Assembly (NCBI GenBank): GCA_051294375.1
Contig: JBJCIZ010000239.1
Coordinates: forward strand, 4,987,768 to 5,051,767
Source: Paraspadella gotoi
Lineage: Eukaryota; Animalia; Chaetognatha
Direction of reading: 5' to 3'
Length of the DNA stretch: 64,000 nt
Positions 10,291-23,819 of the stretch are shown here, in pieces. The notes under the pieces were generated by a model. That model was given only the letters and a program-made list of their open reading frames with translations. It was not told the origin of the DNA and did no database searches. The stretch's first letter is position 1. Every line of letters starts with the position of its first letter. A program made the position numbers and the translations under genes.

Positions 10291-11673
10291 AAAAAAGAAA
10301 AAAGAAAGAAAAAGCAAAGTTTGATGTCATCGGCAAAATGGATTTGACAGCTGCGATGGAAATATCTTTCTCGTGGCGTTTATTTGTAGGTTTTTTATTT
10401 TTACAGCGAGTAATCTTTTGAAGTATTTTATCAATAAGAATAATATGTTGATGGATATTTATTATTTATTTGCTATCTGTTTGTAACTTCTTTATGTGCA
10501 TACATTTCATAGGTGTGCGGTCACGTTATCACTTAAAAACGTAAATTATTAAGAAAGTCAATATGGCATAAATAATTTATTTAATGGAGAGTTAAATATT
10601 AATTAATTCATGGCAGAAAGCGTAGTTATGCTCGTGCCTATGCTTCATGCCTAGGTAGTTCCCACTTGAAAATGCAGTCACGAGATCAGAAAGTTACCAT
10701 GGCGTATTTAAAAAAAAAAATTGGATATTTTAATTGGTACTTTAAGAAGTAGTAACAAAACTAAAAGTCGAGTCTAATGGAACCTTTAGATAAAGTTGTT
10801 ATACTACATGCCATTTGCGATCCTCCAGGCGTTACCGGCGCTCTTTCAATCTCACCGGCGCCCGGGTGAAAAAAAAAATTAGGTGTGTGAAACGAAATAA
10901 GAAATTTTTTTAAATGAAACTTTAAAGTTTAATAAATAACCTAATTAAGGTAAGGTGTTTTGCCCCGGAGAAATTGTTGTCGTTTTACAATTTTATCTTT
11001 TCTTTTCTTTTCTTTTCTTTTCTTCTATTCTCTTTTCTCCTCTTCTTTTCTCTTCTCTTTTTTCTTTTCTTTTCTTTTCTTTTCTTTTCTTTTCTTTTCT
11101 TTCCCCCTTTCCTATCTACCTCATTTAAAAATCAAGTCCGCGGATTTAAAATCGATTCAATCTCGACGACAACAACAACGACAACCATTTCTCAGAAATC
11201 CGATCTCATTTCCATGAAAAGGCTTAGAGGAATGAATCGCTGAGAATTCCGCTTTTCTCAACTTTTTCTCTCGCTTTCTTTCTTATTCGAAATTCGATTC
11301 AACTAAAAACTTACTAATGAAAGAAAATTATACTGAGTGAGTTAATAAACGAGACTGTGAGAGAGTCTTGATTTTAAAGCTCGCAGGGTGTTTACATGAG
11401 GAAACATATTGTAAAACGGTAGGTGGCTTTGACCAGCCTTGACCAGCCTTGACCAGCCTTTCCAACGTTAGGGGGCAGGTTTGCAGCTTGATAATCAAAG
11501 TTTGTTACTCGTTATATTGTTTTTTTTTATACTAATTTCATATGAAATCGGCACACCCAATAAAAAAATTATCAATTTATTTAATAAACTAGATATATTG
11601 CCACTAACTTTAGACAGGCTTTGGTGGTTTAAAGATAATTACCTAGCAAGTCTCTGCAATAGAGAGAGGGAGA

Positions 11674-11732
<59 letters not shown>

Positions 11733-11889
11733 AGAGAGAGGAGAAGAGAGACTGACCCTCTGCTTCATGCTCGTTGATCGCCGCGTGGCTCCACCGTTCT
11801 CCTTGCTATGCAGTTTCGCAAAATAAGCCTATTGCAAATGACCTCCACTAACTTCGTAGAAAAAAAAAAGGCAAAATTCTTCTCGTCTA

Positions 11890-12260
11890 AAATGTCACGC
11901 TTGAATGTCATGTCCGAAATATAATTATGGCTCTAATATTGTTATTCATTTAAAATGACATGGCAGTTCAGCCAAAGAATGTCGTCTATTTCCAAACAAG
12001 AACTCAAATAGCCTTGGAATGTCATCTGTTACCAAATGACACGTCAATTCGGCCCAAGAATATCCTCATACCAATATGACACGTCAATTCGGCCCAGAAA
12101 TGTCGTCTATTCCCAAACGACATGTCAATTCGCCCCCCAAAAAAAGTTCTCATATCCAAATGACAAGTCAATGTAGCCTATGAATGTCATTTATTTCCGA
12201 ATGAGATGACATTGCGGCCCAAAGAATGTCATCCATTCTCAAACGACGTTTTCTTTCCTT
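11890..12260 (+). repeat. ~40-bp minisatellite (aatgacacgtcaattcggcccaagaatgtcgtctat..)
   Basis: Repeated aatgaca..gtcaattc..gccc/..gaatgtc motifs at ~40-bp spacing. Confidence 0.85.
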
Positions 12261-12397
12261 ATTCTGGACGTCTGACGTTTGACGCCGCGGTTCCACTCTG
12301 GTTGCCATGACAACGACGACGACGACGTCGGACTTTCCCCAGAGGTTTCTCTCCGACTTAAACGCGAAATCGATTCTGTCCGCCACTCAGTCTCTCG

Positions 12398-12434
<37 letters not shown>

Positions 12435-12449
12435 CTCTTTCTCTTTTCT

Positions 12450-12494
<45 letters not shown>

Positions 12495-14347
12495 GAAAAA
12501 AATATTTCGTCCCAAAATTTTACTTCTTTTTTAATTTTATTTTTTTCAAATTAATATTTAATTTCTCTTTTTTTTAATTTAATTTTTTAATCGTCAAATT
12601 CGTCCTCGTCGGACAAGAAGTATCACAAGATCACAAGATCATATCACAAAAAGATTCTATAGCCATGTAAAACTTTGGAAGCAGCTGTCACAAGATTTCA
12701 ATGTCGCTTATACTTTTTTCCTAATTATCTTGAACAGGCGACGACCGGCGACGTGGTTCGCTCAAACTTTTTTTTTACCGATATTTTATTTGGATTTTAT
12801 GAGATTTAGTACATACATACGGGCAAACTATGATTAAAAGTCAAATAAAAATTATATTTGTAAAAGTGATAAGCTAAATGATTCAGTTATATGCAAAAAA
12901 ATCATCACGTTGTATTAAGAGCGAGATTTTTCGAAAAGTAAATATTAGTGGTAATATTTTTTTCAACGACTGTTAAACATGGTAAACAATGTCGTATTCT
13001 CTATAATAATTATAAAATTGAAAATAATAAAATGTACGAACAATTTTTGTTATAAAAAAAATATCTAATTGTGAAATATTATCGAGAAAGTTAAAAAGAG
13101 CCGGGTCTTTGTATTTAATTAACTGTAAGAGGACAATGTCCTTTATCTTAAAGTTCACAAAAAGTTGAGAGAAAAAAAGCAAAAGTGTAAAAAAAAAATT
13201 ACACGGTCTTAAAATCGGAATGATGCTGGATTAATAATGTGTTGCCTCGTTTCTCTTTTTAACTCTTACTCTTCTCGTTTAAAACTCGTTCTATTGACCT
13301 TTTACAATCTTTTGACCACTTTGACCGCATTTAGTATTTCCTTTATTAGAGAGACTGTGAACCAGTTTTTAGTTTGCTTCAAAGACTCACAAAATGTATG
13401 TCTGTCCCGTTTGGAAACTCCGTTCTTAAGGGTTTCCCAATGATTATTAATGAAAAATATAGGTATTTAATCTTCAATCATATGGAACTCATGTTAGACT
13501 CTTCTGAACAGGCGACATCAAATGCTCGTCTTCGCTTAGTGTGACCATAAACAATTCTTAACACACATGATACATAATACATAATACCTAATACATACAT
13601 AAAATACATGATACATAAGCTGTTGAGAAAAACAAAAACGTATCCCTTTGTAGGTATCATTGTTACAGTTTTTTCAAAAAAATAGTGAATTTATGAACTT
13701 AAAATCTGCTTATTTATCAAAATTATATCAGTTAAATGTTTTTAGTGACAACAATAATCATCATCATTTTGTATGCCGTTTGTTAAGACACACGCGGTAC
13801 AAAAGTACATTTTTAATTTAATTTAATTTAATTTACATCGTCGACATCATTTTTACTTTTTTTTTCTTTTTGTCTTCGTCGCGGGATTTTTGAAAACGAA
13901 TAATAAAAATAAAATAATATTTTAAAAATACGTGATTGGATACAAACACTCATACACATACGTATATATTCTTTGTTTTACGACTACCTCAAATTTTCTA
14001 GTATTAAATTAATTTGCACACGTTTTAGCCATTATCGCATAGCTATTTGTACATAAAATTTAAAAAAAAAATACCTTTTTACAGATATAATTGGATCGAC
14101 ATTCTACTAAATTAATACTTCCCAATGGCTACATACGTACATCGAAAAATCTACCGCCGAAAAGGCGTCTTAAAAGAAAGTCTTTTAAGTTTGATAAATT
14201 ACATGTTAAAATAATTTTTTTTGCAAAAAAATATTCTTTAAAAAAAGGAGTCTCATTTTTGGAGTAGTTCTGATAAGATCCATACAATTTTGTTTTTCAT
14301 TCAAAAACACATTTTTTTATTAAGCGAGCACATCCTAAGGCTAAGCA

Positions 14348-15952
14348 ATGTCGACTCACCTTCAAAGCGTGCTGGATGGAGGAATGTCCAGGAACGAGAC
14401 TCACGCTCTCTACGAAAGTTGGGCGACCAACTACGAACCGGAAATGAACGAGGCTGGTTGGGACACGTCGGCCAACGTGGCTCGCGTTGTCATGGAGATA
14501 ACGAAAGTCGGGGATAGGATAGTGGATTTTGCCGCGGGTCCGAATCTGTTATTTTTTTTAGTTGTACCGCGAGTGCTCGCGGAACAACTCTATAAGTTAC
14601 TTTTCGGTCGGTCGGTCCATCGGTCGGTCGGTAGGTCTGTCTTTTGGTCTGTCCCACTTTCGTTAAAAACCCATATAATTTGCTTGTAGTTGGTTGCTCA
14701 TTTGTTAAGACAGAAAAAAAATCTCAAATCTAAGTGACTGCTAGTACCACCCTCTGGAAATCCTAAAACTATAAGGAATAAAAGACAAAATTCCGATGCA
14801 GTGCGTATCAGGCTAAGAAATTATTGTAGTCATGTAGTCATGTCGTATCTCATCATGTTATGTCACGTCATGTCACAAGAAATATATGTGATAAGGCAGT
14901 CACTACGGCGCAACACATTTGAATTACTGCCCTTGTTTTTATTTGTGAAATGTTTTTAGGATTCATTTCTTACAAGTTTAAAAAAAAATATCTATATTTT
15001 GAAAATATATGGCTCTTTTTTTTTTCCAATAGCACCCAATTTTTTTTTTCGTAATCCTTTAACCTTATTCCCTAACCCCAATCGCTAACACTAATCCTAA
15101 ACGTCTATCTTATTTTCTAACCCTAACCTAATACATAATCGTTAAACCTAACAAGTTGGTGCAAACAATGCCGGATAATGCTCTCGGTAAGCAGCCAATC
15201 AAATTATTTAATTAACTAAATAATTAATTAACTAACTAGTTGATTAATTAAGTATTTTGTTAAATAATTTACATTTTATATACGTAAAAAAAAAAAGGGG
15301 AATTGAAAGACTTAAACGTGCCTTTTGTTTTCAAAAAAAAGGGACGGGCTGCGTGGGTCAATGTCTTCGATCTTTCGGTCTTCCTCTCACCATCACGATG
15401 GATGCCGTCGACTCCTCCGCCGAGATGTTGCGCGTCGCCGGAGAGAAGAGAATCTACGCCAACACTTTCGTCAGCTACGTTGGAGGAGGAGCGACGCTGC
15501 CAGTCGAGCCGGTGACTATTAAGAGTTCGCATCATTTAAGTATTCATCATTTTCCTACTTGTCAACCTCACATTGCAGGAATCATACGACGTAGCCTGTA
15601 TGGCTGGCGGCTTTGCTGAAGGACATGTGCCGATCGATGGCTGGGACTTTATCCTGGATGCGGTTAAACCTGGCGGACACGCCGTTTGCTCCATTACTCA
15701 AAGGTGAGTCAAATGAGATTGTGAAATGAATTATATTGTGGATTTAAATTTAAGTAATTAATTATTATCTCTCTCTCTCTCTCTAACAGATGGCTAGAGA
15801 CAGTTCCTGAATTCTTCCGAATGGACGAGTACATCGAGGAGGTGTGCCGGCGGAAGGGCGCCGTCTTGAAGGAGCGACGCGTCTTCAACAAATCTTTCGC
15901 CGGCATCGGTATCACTCTCTGGATCCTACAAAAAAATCATCTCAAGAATTGA
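14348..15952 (+). CDS. METTL27: METTL27/WBSCR27-like class I SAM-dependent methyltransferase, 215 aa
   Basis: Exons 14348-14537, 15342-15511, 15579-15703 and 15790-15952 join in frame with GT-AG introns. Motifs: LYESWATNYE, motif I IVDFAAGTGCVG, DAVDSSAEML..A, YDV..MAGGFAEGHVP, VKPGG. These are typical of the WBSCR27 family; orthology was not tested. Confidence 0.88.
14550..14940 (+). mobile_element. Helentron-associated (HINE/DINE-1-like) non-autonomous element in intron 1 of the methyltransferase
   Basis: T-run then tagttg..cgag..caactctataag, a (GTCG)n microsatellite, and an end at tgcccttgttttt. A second copy is inverted at ~20010-20335. Confidence 0.6.
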
Positions 15953-15959
15953 AGTCGTT

Positions 15960-16180
15960 AGGAATCTAATCAAATGAATGTATTCTAATGAATCTAAACA
16001 AATGAATCTAATCAAGTGAATCTAATCGAATGAATTTAATCTAATGAATCTAATCAAATAAATGTAATCAAGTGAATCTAATCGAATGAATGTAATCTAA
16101 TGAATCTAATCAAATAAATGTAATCAAGTGAATCTAATCGAATGAATGTAATCTAATGAATCTAATCTAATAAATCAATA
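15960..16180 (+). repeat. 14-bp minisatellite (gaatctaatcaaat) starting just after the methyltransferase stop
   Basis: Tandem aatctaatc(a/g)aatg units are visible. Confidence 0.9.
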
Positions 16181-16432
16181 ATGTTACCACAAATTAAAGT
16201 AAATCAAGCAAAACCAACAGGGCTCTCTTTTTTTTGTAATAAACTTTGTCAGCCTACTAATTGTATTTTATCTAGATTTTAAGTATTCTCAAGTCTGATT
16301 TGCTTGTAGTAGTAGTAAAGGTTGTTAATGTTTACATTTTTTTAAATAAGCTGAAAAATTTTTTATTATCGTAACGAAATTTATTATTAAAAGCAGACAC
16401 GTTTCGAACAGTACTTCAGTGGAATACAAATT

Positions 16433-16471
<39 letters not shown>

Positions 16472-17729
16472 TGTGTAGAAGATTCCTTGAGGGGGGTTTC
16501 TCAGTTTCAGATGAGAACATTGTTTGAGCAGTGCTTAATCTTGACTTAATATTAACTCAATCCATATATCAAAAGATGAAATAGAATAATAACTTTATTA
16601 AGTATTCAGTATCCAATAATCATTGAGAGACGTGCATCAGAATGACAGAGAGCCAAAATGCAGCAGCAGCAGTAGAGCCGATATGCAGCAACAATAGCAG
16701 TAGAACCGAGATGCAGCAACTGAGCCCAGACGCAGCAACAGCTCAAAGCTACATAAAAGCTTAAAATTAATTAACATATTCAAGTAATTTCACAAACATC
16801 ATTTAATACCTGATGGTCTCAGAGGAATCTCTTAAAAATTAAGAATTTACTCTCCTTTTATATACAAGGACACAATTATTACAAACAATGAGAGGAGAAT
16901 TCACATTTTAAGAATAAGATCAAAACATCTACTAATTATTATTAACCAATAAGAGACCAGATATTCAAATTCAAGGTATAAAATTCAACCAATTAGAGGC
17001 TTTAAACAGAACTATTGGAGTCATTCAATTTAACTTTAAATTCAGATATTTGAGCCATTAAAAAAATAAAAGGTCGGGGCTCAATTCAGATAAAAATCAT
17101 TATAAACTCTTTAACAGAGAGAGAGAGAGAGAGAGAGTGGCACTTTTAAATATTTTACTAAAGGACTCTAAAGAAAACTGAATATAAATTTCTTTTTAAT
17201 TGAATCTTAAATAGACCGTAAACAAGATTCAAAAACAAATCAACAATTTCTCTCGAGGGAGAGATGTATTTCCAATCGAACCAGAAAAATAAAAAATCTA
17301 AAAAAAAAATTTTTTACTTTTGCTTAAAAAAAAATGAATAAATAAAAATTAGCTCGTCTGTATTCAAAAACCTTAATCTCCGGACAATTAAAAAAAGAGA
17401 GAGATGAAAAAAAAGAGAGGAGGGAAATTAATACCAATTTTTCCATCGCGCCGTACCGTCATTAAAGTCCCCCCCCCCCGTCGGCTGTGGAAACATATTC
17501 AACTTTTTATTTTAAAGGTTTTGTAATTAAAAATTTTTTTTTAAAAAGAATCTTATAACTTTTAAAACTCGGTTTTTTTCCTTTACAGATATCTTTTCGT
17601 AATTTGAAGGAAGAAAATAAAAGACCAAGATTTTCTTCTTTCTTTTTTCTTTCTTTTTTTTTTTTTTTCTTTTTTCTTTCTTCCTTCTTTTCAGTTGTTT
17701 TTTTTTCTTTTGAGACATTTCGCTTTGCC

Positions 17730-18065
17730 TTCGTCATCGTTTTAATTTCGTAATCGTCGTCGTCGTCGTCTTCATCGTCGTCTTGGTCGTCTTCATCAAC
17801 GTCGTCGTCTTTGTCATTGCTGTCTACGTCATCGTCGTCGTCGTCGTCATCTTCTTGGATGTCGTCGTCTTCTTTGTTGTCATCGTCTTCTTCGTCTGAA
17901 TTGTTTTTGTCATTTTTGTCAGCTTCATCATCTTTTTTACCTTCTTTGTCATCATCATCATCGTCATCATCGTCGTCATTACCATGTCGTCATCCTCGTC
18001 TACATCATATTCTTCGTCATCGTCGTCTTCTTCATCGTCATCGTCGTCCACCTCGTCCTCACCCT
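17730..18065. repeat. Degenerate (TCG/TCA/TCT)n trinucleotide tract
   Basis: Low-complexity tract. Similar tracts at 20705-21130, 22210-22340 and 57555-57990 produce the poly-D/T/S pseudo-ORFs. Confidence 0.9.
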
Positions 18066-18571
18066 CAATCGTCGTTCATTCGTTCCATTCACTTCCAACT
18101 CGTTCATCGATTCCATTCATTCGCTCCATTCACCTCCAACTCGTTCATCGATTCCATTCATTCGTTCCATCCCGTCAGAGCCAAGTTCATCTTAAACCCG
18201 AGAATCCATTTTTTACTCCTTCCCTTCCTTTTTTGCCCAGACCAGACGCATTCCCGGCTGAGACTCGCCGAGTCAAGAAAAAAAAAATTTCCGTGTGCCG
18301 GACCGAAAAAAAAAGACGGCACAACCTTTGCCGGACTACCCTAAACGCTAGAAAGCAAGAGTGCCAGAGTGTCAAAACTTCCGGCCTTATTTTCCCAGAA
18401 CGTCCCATTTTGTCCTAAATTCGGTATGAGGTCGATTTTTTAGAGGTTAGGTTAGTGACTTGGGTTAGGGTCTTGGTTAGTGAATTGGGTTAGGGCTAAG
18501 GATTAGGTTAAAGTTAAAGATTAGGGTTAGGGATTGGCTTATAGGTTTAAAAAACATGTTTAGGTTAATAA

Positions 18572-18670
18572 TTAGTTTAGTTGGTTTATCCCAAAATTTA
18601 CGTTTAACCTTAATAATTAACTTAATTATTAAGGTTAAACGTAAATTTTGGGATAAACCAACTAAACTAA
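18572..18670. repeat. Perfect 99-bp palindrome (49-bp arms, 1-nt centre at 18621)
   Basis: ttagtttagttggtttatcccaaaatttacgtttaaccttaataattaa-c-ttaattattaaggttaaacgtaaattttgggataaaccaactaaactaa. Confidence 0.95.
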
Positions 18671-19494
18671 AGTAAACTAAACTAAACTAAACTAAACTAA
18701 ACTAAACTAAGCTAAACTTTTACTTCCACCAACAGCCGAAGAGTGTCGAACTGCCCAAGCGCTGGAACAATAGAGAATGTCAGAGCGCCAGAACACAAGG
18801 GTGAAAAAGTGCCAGAGTGCTAGACTAGTGGAGTGCTAATGCACAACAAGATTGCAAGAGTCCATTTTGGCCTTGTTTAGGGTTTGATTTATAAGTTTAA
18901 AAATTAAAACTAAATTCTGGGTTAAACAGAAAGGGAGCCCTCTGGGCTGGGCTGGGCTGCTAGAGTGGCGGATTGGTAAAGTGCCGAAGCGCTAAAAGGC
19001 CGGACTGCCTGAGCGTCGAAACGGTCGATCTCAAGGTCACTTATGAGCGCCAAGGTCACATCCCGCTTCCATCAGCGATGGAAAAAGTTAATTCGTCTTT
19101 CCTTCCGCGGGGAATTCATCTTTATTCATCTTCATTCATCCTAAATTATCTTCATTCATATTTATTCTTTTTTAATCTTCTTTATTCATTTTTATTCATC
19201 TTTTTTCCTATTCATTCATTTTTATTCATTTTTAATCATCTTCATTCATCTTTATTCATCTTTCTATATATTTAATCTTCTAACTTTTTGGACGAAAATA
19301 TTTGTTTTTACATTTGTATTTCTTTATAATTTGCGAGATTTTTTTGTATTTAAAATTTATTATTACTACTAATAATAAGCTATGTTGGTTTGTTTAGGAT
19401 GCACAGACAAAAATAAAGTGAATTATCAATTAAATTTTACTTAAGTTTTTGGAATTAATTTGTGACTAAGTCATTAGTATAAGAGATAGAGAGA

Positions 19495-19510
19495 AAGAAA
19501 GAAAAAATAA

Positions 19511-19578
<68 letters not shown>

Positions 19579-19597
19579 AACAAGCAAACAAAGAAAA

Positions 19598-19631
<34 letters not shown>

Positions 19632-19725
19632 AACCCAAATATAGAAAAAAAGAAAGAAAGACAGAAAGAAAAAAGAAAGACAGAAAAAAAGAAAGAAAGA
19701 AAGAAAGAAAGAAGGAAAGAAAGTC
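19495..19725. repeat. (GAAA)n microsatellite
   Basis: Direct reading. Related tracts: (TTTC)n at 21557-21620 and (AAAAG)n at 48785-48890. Confidence 0.95.
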
Positions 19726-20009
19726 AGTCAGTCTCTCCGCGATGTTTTCAAACTTTTTATGTCCTCCACATTTTCGTTTCTTTTCTACTTCACATGATTT
19801 ATTTTTTTAAGAATTCAAAACTTCCCGCGTTTTGTTGTTGTTGTTGTTATTGTTGTTCTTGTTGTTACCACATCAGAGAGGATTTGAAAAATTGGGGAAT
19901 TGAAAAAGAGGGAATTTTTTTTTTGGGGGGGGGGAATACGAAAAAAAAAGAGACGAAAAAAAATATTATAAGTAAATAAAAATGAAGAACGGTAATTCAA
20001 ATCTGCATT

Positions 20010-20335
20010 ATCACGTCTGTTTCTTGTGACATGACATGACATGACGACGTGACTTGACTACATGATTATAATAACTTTCTTAGCCCAGTGTATTTATGAC
20101 AAGCCCTGCATCCGAATTTTGTTTTTTTTTTTGTCTTTTGTCTTTTATTTCCTTAAGGCGGAACTAGCAGTCCCTTAGATTTGAGGTTTTTTTCCTGTCT
20201 TAACTAATGTGCAACCAACTATGGGCAAATTATATGCATTTTTAACGTAAGTGGGACGGACCGACTGACAGACCGAAAAGTGACTTATAGAGTTTCTCTG
20301 CGAGAACTCGCCGCGCAACTAAAAAAAAAAAAAAG
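20010..20335 (-). mobile_element. Second copy of the HINE-like element
   Basis: Reverse complement matches 14559-14880 (tagttg..ctctataag.cacttttcggtc; cccactt.cgttaaaaa..catataatttgc; gttaagacag; tcaaatctaag.gactgctagt; catgtcacaagaaa). Confidence 0.75.
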
Positions 20336-20579
20336 CGAAAAGCGAAAATGTATTATTTTTTTTTTGTTGCTTTCATCATCGCAAACCTCGAAAAAAAAAA
20401 TAGTGAGGAAAAGGAGGAGCTGGTGCCAAAAAGGTGGGGGCTGGGAAGGGGGAGTTAAAGGTGGCATAAAGGTGGCGCGAAGGCGGTTCGTGACGTCAAG
20501 GGGATTCGGTTGTGGCGTGGGGGTGGTTCCCTCGTGAGAGGTGGGTACCAAAAAAGGGAAACCTCTCTCTCTCTCTCTC

Positions 20580-20618
<39 letters not shown>

Positions 20619-21378
20619 CGCGCCAAATGGGAGGGATATTGGTGAGTCGCGCTTTAACGCAGCGCGTTTCTCCCAGTTAAGTCGGAATGGGTTCAAACGG
20701 GCAAAGAACGACGACGACGATGATGACGATGATGAAGACGACGAAAGACGAAGATGATGACGACGATGACGACGAGGAAGACAAAGACGAACGGGACAAA
20801 GTTGAGAATGACGACGACGATGATGAAGACGACGACGACTAAGATGAGCAAGATGATCACGACAAAATTGATGAAAATAATTGCGTAGAGGATGGCAACG
20901 ACAAAGAAGACGATGCCAAGGACAACAAAAAGGAAAATAACGATGACAAAGACAACATCGCTGACAATGATGACAATGATGACGATAACAAAAATGAGGA
21001 TGGCAAAGACGACGACGATTACAAAAACAACGACAAAGACAATAAAGACTATGACAACGACGACGACGAAAACAACGACGACGACTATGTAGACGATGAC
21101 AACGACGACGAAAACGATGCCGAAGAAAAGGAAGAAAACGCTTCAGAATTTTCTCTCTCTTAATGAACGAAATGACTTCCGCTTTGAGCAGAAATTTAGA
21201 AGACGAGAGTCGAAAATGGAGGAAAGGACGATGAGAAGAGAGAGTAAGTTGGGAGGAAGGGTAAGTTCAAGGTCATGCTGAGTTTAAAGTCAAGGTCAAG
21301 GTCGGAGGTTGAAGGAATAGGGGTATGATATGGATTCAGATTGGGTTTCTGTAATAGCGGCTGAATGTTTTGGCTCGA

Positions 21379-21467
<89 letters not shown>

Positions 21468-21550
21468 GAGGGGGAAGGAAGAGAGGCTGTCTTCGGGAAA
21501 AACAAACAAAAAATGAACGAAAATTGTTCTGTCATCCGATGCTTCACGAA

Positions 21551-21622
<72 letters not shown>

Positions 21623-22357
21623 TTTTTCTTTCGTTTTTTTTTTCTTTCTTTCTTTCATGTGTAATTGAATTAATTAATGTTTAGAAGATAGCGAATCTAA
21701 ACAAAACTGCCAACAAACGAAAAAATTCTGTCAAAAAAAAAAGTTTGAGCATGAGCATGAGCAAACAATGTCGGATCTGCCCACGATCATTATCGGTATT
21801 TAATTAATTAATTAATAATAATAATAATTAATTAATTAATTAATTAATAATAATTAATAATAATATACTTAATTAATTAATTAATTAATAATAATTAATA
21901 ATAATAATAATAATAATTAATTAATTAGTCAATTAATTAATTAATTTGATCCGAATAGTTTGTTTTGATTGATAGACTGATTAATTAATTATTGATTAAT
22001 TAATTGACTAATTTATTAATTAACTGATTAGTTATTTGATTAATTAATATATCTTGCATTTACATTAAATATAAAAAGAAAAAGAAGCATAATGAATGAG
22101 TGAAGCAGGTTTTTTAAACAGGGTCAAGCAAGTTAATGAATAAGTTGTTATGATATCACCATTATATTTTTTAAAACTTCTCGTTCGCACCAAAAAAGAT
22201 AATTATTCTGATGATGATTAAGATGACGAGGTTGAATCTGATAATGATGATGATAAAAATTGATGATGATGATAATGATGATGATAATATTGATAACGAC
22301 TAAGACAATGATGGTGATTAGGATGATGATGGTGATGATTCACCTTCCTCGAACTCG

Positions 22358-23785
22358 TCATCTCCGACAAGCGAGGTCAACTTTGGCCAGCATGTCCGTC
22401 CAGCCTCGCATCATTGGCGTCCCTTCCAGAGGGAAGAAGAGCATGTTTTTGTAAAACCTAAGGACAAGAAAAAAAAAATCGTTTAAAATTGAATACAAAA
22501 TTTAAACATTATGAACATTAAAACATTTATTTATTTAAACATTTATTTATTTAAACATTATCTAAAAAAATTGAGATAAAGTGTTTATTAATGATAACAC
22601 TTTTTTTGTTCCTATGAGTAGGAGATAAAAGTTACACATGGGCGACCAACAGTTTCTCCTCAAGATATAATTCAAATTTTCATTTTTTTATAGTCACCCG
22701 CAAGTGTTTTTTATGAGAAATTTAGCATCGATGGCGCCCTCCAAATTCGTGAGTTTGAAACCGAGGTGCTGCACAAAAACCAGCGCGGTAATGTAAACGT
22801 CCTCTAGCGGGAAAAAAGGAACGTCCTTGGCGGCTTCGGCCATAAGCTTCACGGCAGCCATCGACATAATGTATCCGGCGCCGGGAATGAAATCCGGATA
22901 ATAGTCCGATTCGTATTGCTGCTTGGATATGTAGTATCTTGAGAAAGATTCCAAAAAATAATAAAGTTATATTAAAATTAATGATCAAAGATTACAGAAT
23001 ACAGATTAAAAAAAATATAAAAAACGAGATGATCGTTCACTTGATTGTATAAGATTAATAGTAAAATATAAATATATTATTAAATAATGTTATCATCAAC
23101 GAGAAGCCTGAAGCGAAGCCCTGCCCAAATAAGGTTCCTCAGCAGTTTACGGTCGTCCTCTCGCTTCCCGAAAAAGTTTGCACCAGGTTTGTATTGAACC
23201 CGGTACCTAGTTGCCTTTACTCAATGAGCCACCGGGTTACAACTGCCGCATTTATATTTATAAGCGGGGTGAACTCGGGCAATGCTAACCGGTCACCATT
23301 CACTAAAGCTCACTTGCTCCGCCGGCTCCGGATGACCCTGTCGTGCGGCACGACCTTCCCCCCGACGAAGGGAAGAGACGCGTCGACGGGGTCGAGTCGC
23401 CGCAAGAGATTGTCCGTGTGGTAGACGATGTCGTCGTCGCCTTTAATGACAAAGTCCGCGTTGGCGCAGAAGTTCCTCGCCCACTTGAGCATCATCACCT
23501 GTCAGTAAATGATATATTGTGGCGGTATATTCACACCGCCTCACGTCCACCATCGTTCAGCCAAATCCATTGGCTCAGAGGGGGAACACACCATCCCACA
23601 CTCCTATCGACTTCCCTCTGCGTTGGCAAAGCGAGACCGTCCTAGGGTAACCGCGCCAGTGACTGGAGGCGTCACTAAGTGAAGAGAAAAGGCCGAGACC
23701 GACGGAGACGGCCAGATCTGACCCATTCGACCGATTGACCGATCGACCGGCCAGAAACTGACCCGACTCTTTCTCCACTCTTTCT

Positions 23786-23819
<34 letters not shown>

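Noticed and set aside
17811-21281. Poly-Ser/Asp/Thr ORFs (also 57553-57990)
   Set aside because: Degenerate trinucleotide tracts with scattered stops and no splice-supported context.
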